From Eledone cirrhosa (Eukaryota), in NCBI GenBank assembly GCA_964016885.1, contig OZ024753.1, forward strand, positions 28,954,001 through 29,018,000: a stretch of 64,000 nt of DNA, in the 5' to 3' direction. Each line of letters starts with the position of its first letter. The first letter of the stretch is position 1. The translations under genes and the position numbers were made by a program. Below are positions 61,637 through 64,000 of the stretch, piece after piece. The notes beneath the pieces were generated by a model. It was given only the letters and a program-made list of their open reading frames with translations. It was not told the origin of the DNA and searched no databases.

Positions 61637-64000
61637 TGTTTCTTTTATTTGCCACTAGGGCATCAAAAGTGGGACAAGTACAAAGGGGGGAGTTTACACA
61701 AAAAGGCGTCCTCAATAAGGAGGAGGCAATAACAAAATATAAAAATAAAATAAGATATAACAAAAAATAAAATTTTTAACAAAATCCTCAATAGAGAGGA
61801 GGCGCCTTGGGGGGTCGCACACACCCCCGAAAAAAGTGTGCAACCCTTCTCCTCAGGAGCACAGAGAAGGGGTGCTCCCTTGGTCTTTCATCTTCCTCAC
61901 CTATAGTCTGATGTAGAGTGAAGGCCCATTCACACGGGCCATTCTCGCCACTTTCACCCATCTTTCATAGAAACGGCTGGGGTGCAGCACCTCTCTCTCC
62001 ATCCTGATCCTTCTTCCGAAATGATATCGGAAGAAACGGACCAGTTGTTGGCCAGAGAGAAAGGTGCCTGACCTCAGTCCTTTCAGACGCGTCCACCATA
62101 CAACCTCTTTCGCCATGGCTATTACGCACAGAAACACCGCCTCTGCTTCATCTTTGAAGGGGGGGGGGGCGGGGCGGCTTGATCATTACAATAGACTCGG
62201 TGGTCAACCGGATCGGTCCCACCCTTGACAGCAGTTGTTCGACATAGCCCCACAGATCGGCTACGCCCGAGCAGTGTACCAATGCGTGTGCAACGGTTTC
62301 CTCGTCGCACACGCATCTGGGACAGATCTTTTTGGCGGGGTCCCTACCCGGGCGCCCGTGTCTGTAGAGCCTTTCTCGAACGGGTAAAGCCCCTCGGTAG
62401 CACTGCCAGGCCAGGGACTTCTGGAAGTTGTCCATAGGTCCCGGGCTGAATGTCCTACCGAACAGGCTGGCCAGTTCGTCCTCCTCCATGTCTAGGGCTT
62501 CTCCGAGGGCGTCGTCGCACCTGCTGCGTACCAGCCCTCTATAGAATGTTGCGGTGGAGTCTCCACTGATAACCGGATCCGCCTGCCAGAGGGCGGTGAG
62601 CGCCTGGGCACACTCAGTGTGCCAGGCGCCCAGTTTTCTCGGTCTTTGCTTGACCCAGGATTGCAGCTCGGTGAGTGAGACGAGTCTGGGAAAGGTTCGT
62701 CTCACAAACGAGGCCCACACCGGTTGTCCGGTGAGGAATACGTAGAGGTGCCGTAGCCTTAATGCGTGTTTACGCATCATTAGCCACGGCATCCCCAGCC
62801 CTCCTTTCGAAGGGTGTTGACAGCAGATGGATCTCCTCACCATAGGAGCCCGCCTCTTCCAAAGGAATTGGAAGAGCGCGCGCTCCATCTTGGTGAGGGT
62901 TTCCCTTGGGCAGGGCACTACGGTCAGGCGGTAGTAGATGACGGACGCTATGTAGGTGTTCGCCACCTCCGCCCGACCTTTCAGGGATAGTTTGCAACTG
63001 GCCCACTTCTGGGTCAGTGCAAACACCCTGTTCGTAACCTCCGCCCAGTTTTTCTCCACCTGGAGGTCCGGTCCGAACCAGACCCCGAGCAACTTCACCG
63101 GGCCCTCCGTCCAGCGTCCGACGACGCCATCGGAGGGCATCGGTCTGCCCCTCCACGTGCCGAGTTGCAAACCGATCGACTTGTCCCGGTTCAGCTTAGC
63201 CCCTGTGAACTTTTCGTACTCCTCCAGTAAGGTGCCGACCGCCTCGATTTCGGAGGCCGTCGACACCATTACTGTCACGTCATCGGCGTAGGCCGACACC
63301 GCTTTCCGCAATCCCGGTTCCAAAGGGATGCCCTGCAACAACTCCAACTTCCGCAGTAGTGGCTCGAGAGTCAACACATACAGAAGGGAGGAGAGAGGGC
63401 ACCCTTGTCGGATGGACCGCGCGATTTTGAACGGCTCCGAGAGGTAGCCGTTCACCTTGACCCTAGAGCAGATGCGGCTGCTGTGCATAGCAGTGATCCA
63501 GCCCCTGAAAACGGGTCCGAAGCCTGCCGCCGCTAGCACCGCATCCAGGTAACCATGGTCGACCCTATCGAACGCCTTAGATTGATCCAAGTTGATCAGA
63601 GCCCCACCAAAGCCGGGTTCGTTCCCAACCCTCTCTATGATGTATCGCATGAGGTGGAGGTTGTCATGGATGGACCTGGACGGGATAGCGCATGTCTGCG
63701 CATCTCCCACCAGGTTGCCCACGACAAGCGCCAACCTCTTTGCTAGCACCTTGGCCAAAATCTGTAACTCTGTATTTAGCAGTGTTATGGGCCTGAAGTT
63801 ACTTATTTCGTCCCCCTTGTTCTCGTCCTTCCTCACTAGCGTGACTACGCCCTTGGTCACAGTACAGGGAATTCTCCCGTTCTGTTGCCAGTTGCAGTAG
63901 ACCGCCTCGAGGAGATCGGGGAACAAGTCCGGCATAGCTAGATATAATTCGTAAGGAAGACCATCGAGACCCGGGGATTTGCGTTTGCCGCATTGGCTCA
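61637..64000 (-). mobile_element. L1/Tx1-clade LINE, ORF2 RT and C-terminal zinc finger plus 3' UTR; continues beyond the window
   Basis: Open frame from the window edge: KSPGLDGLPYE, NFRPITLLN, LDQSKAFDRV, RQGCPLS, YADD, KGGLG, CPRC..ETVAHALVHC; a single frameshift at the G-run near 62160, with the frame continuing to 61901. Confidence 0.93.

Overview
AT-rich, microsatellite-laden, intron-dominated eukaryotic DNA. The repeat content (Nin-domain and CORE tRNA-SINEs, (TA)n-associated Penelope-like termini, RTE and Tx1 LINEs) points to a mollusc, most likely an octopod (inference). One spliced host gene runs on the minus strand: three LDL-receptor class A exons (54224-54340, 52662-52787, 49413-49538), a Thr-rich mucin-like exon (46639-47105), a charged exon ending in a hydrophobic tail (37431-37781), and two candidate stop-bearing last exons. 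It probably encodes a GPI- or tail-anchored LDLa cell-surface protein whose 5' end lies beyond the window. The rest is mostly transposon-derived. Main points of interest: (1) about seven unrelated families of minimal type I hammerhead ribozyme motifs at Penelope-like termini in (TA)n tracts, including a CAGAAGA core variant and a non-coding 428-bp retrozyme-like repeat; (2) a 102 x 42-bp array built from the junction between flanking DNA and a pogo/Tigger-like terminal inverted repeat; (3) a near-intact Tx1-clade LINE in a GATA microsatellite whose 3' tail resembles that of the Nin-SINE; (4) a twin-priming-type inverted LINE; (5) a twice-present, possibly structured GC-rich 135-nt element inside an unexplained direct/inverted repeat mosaic. 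All calls were made by eye; no database search or folding program was run.
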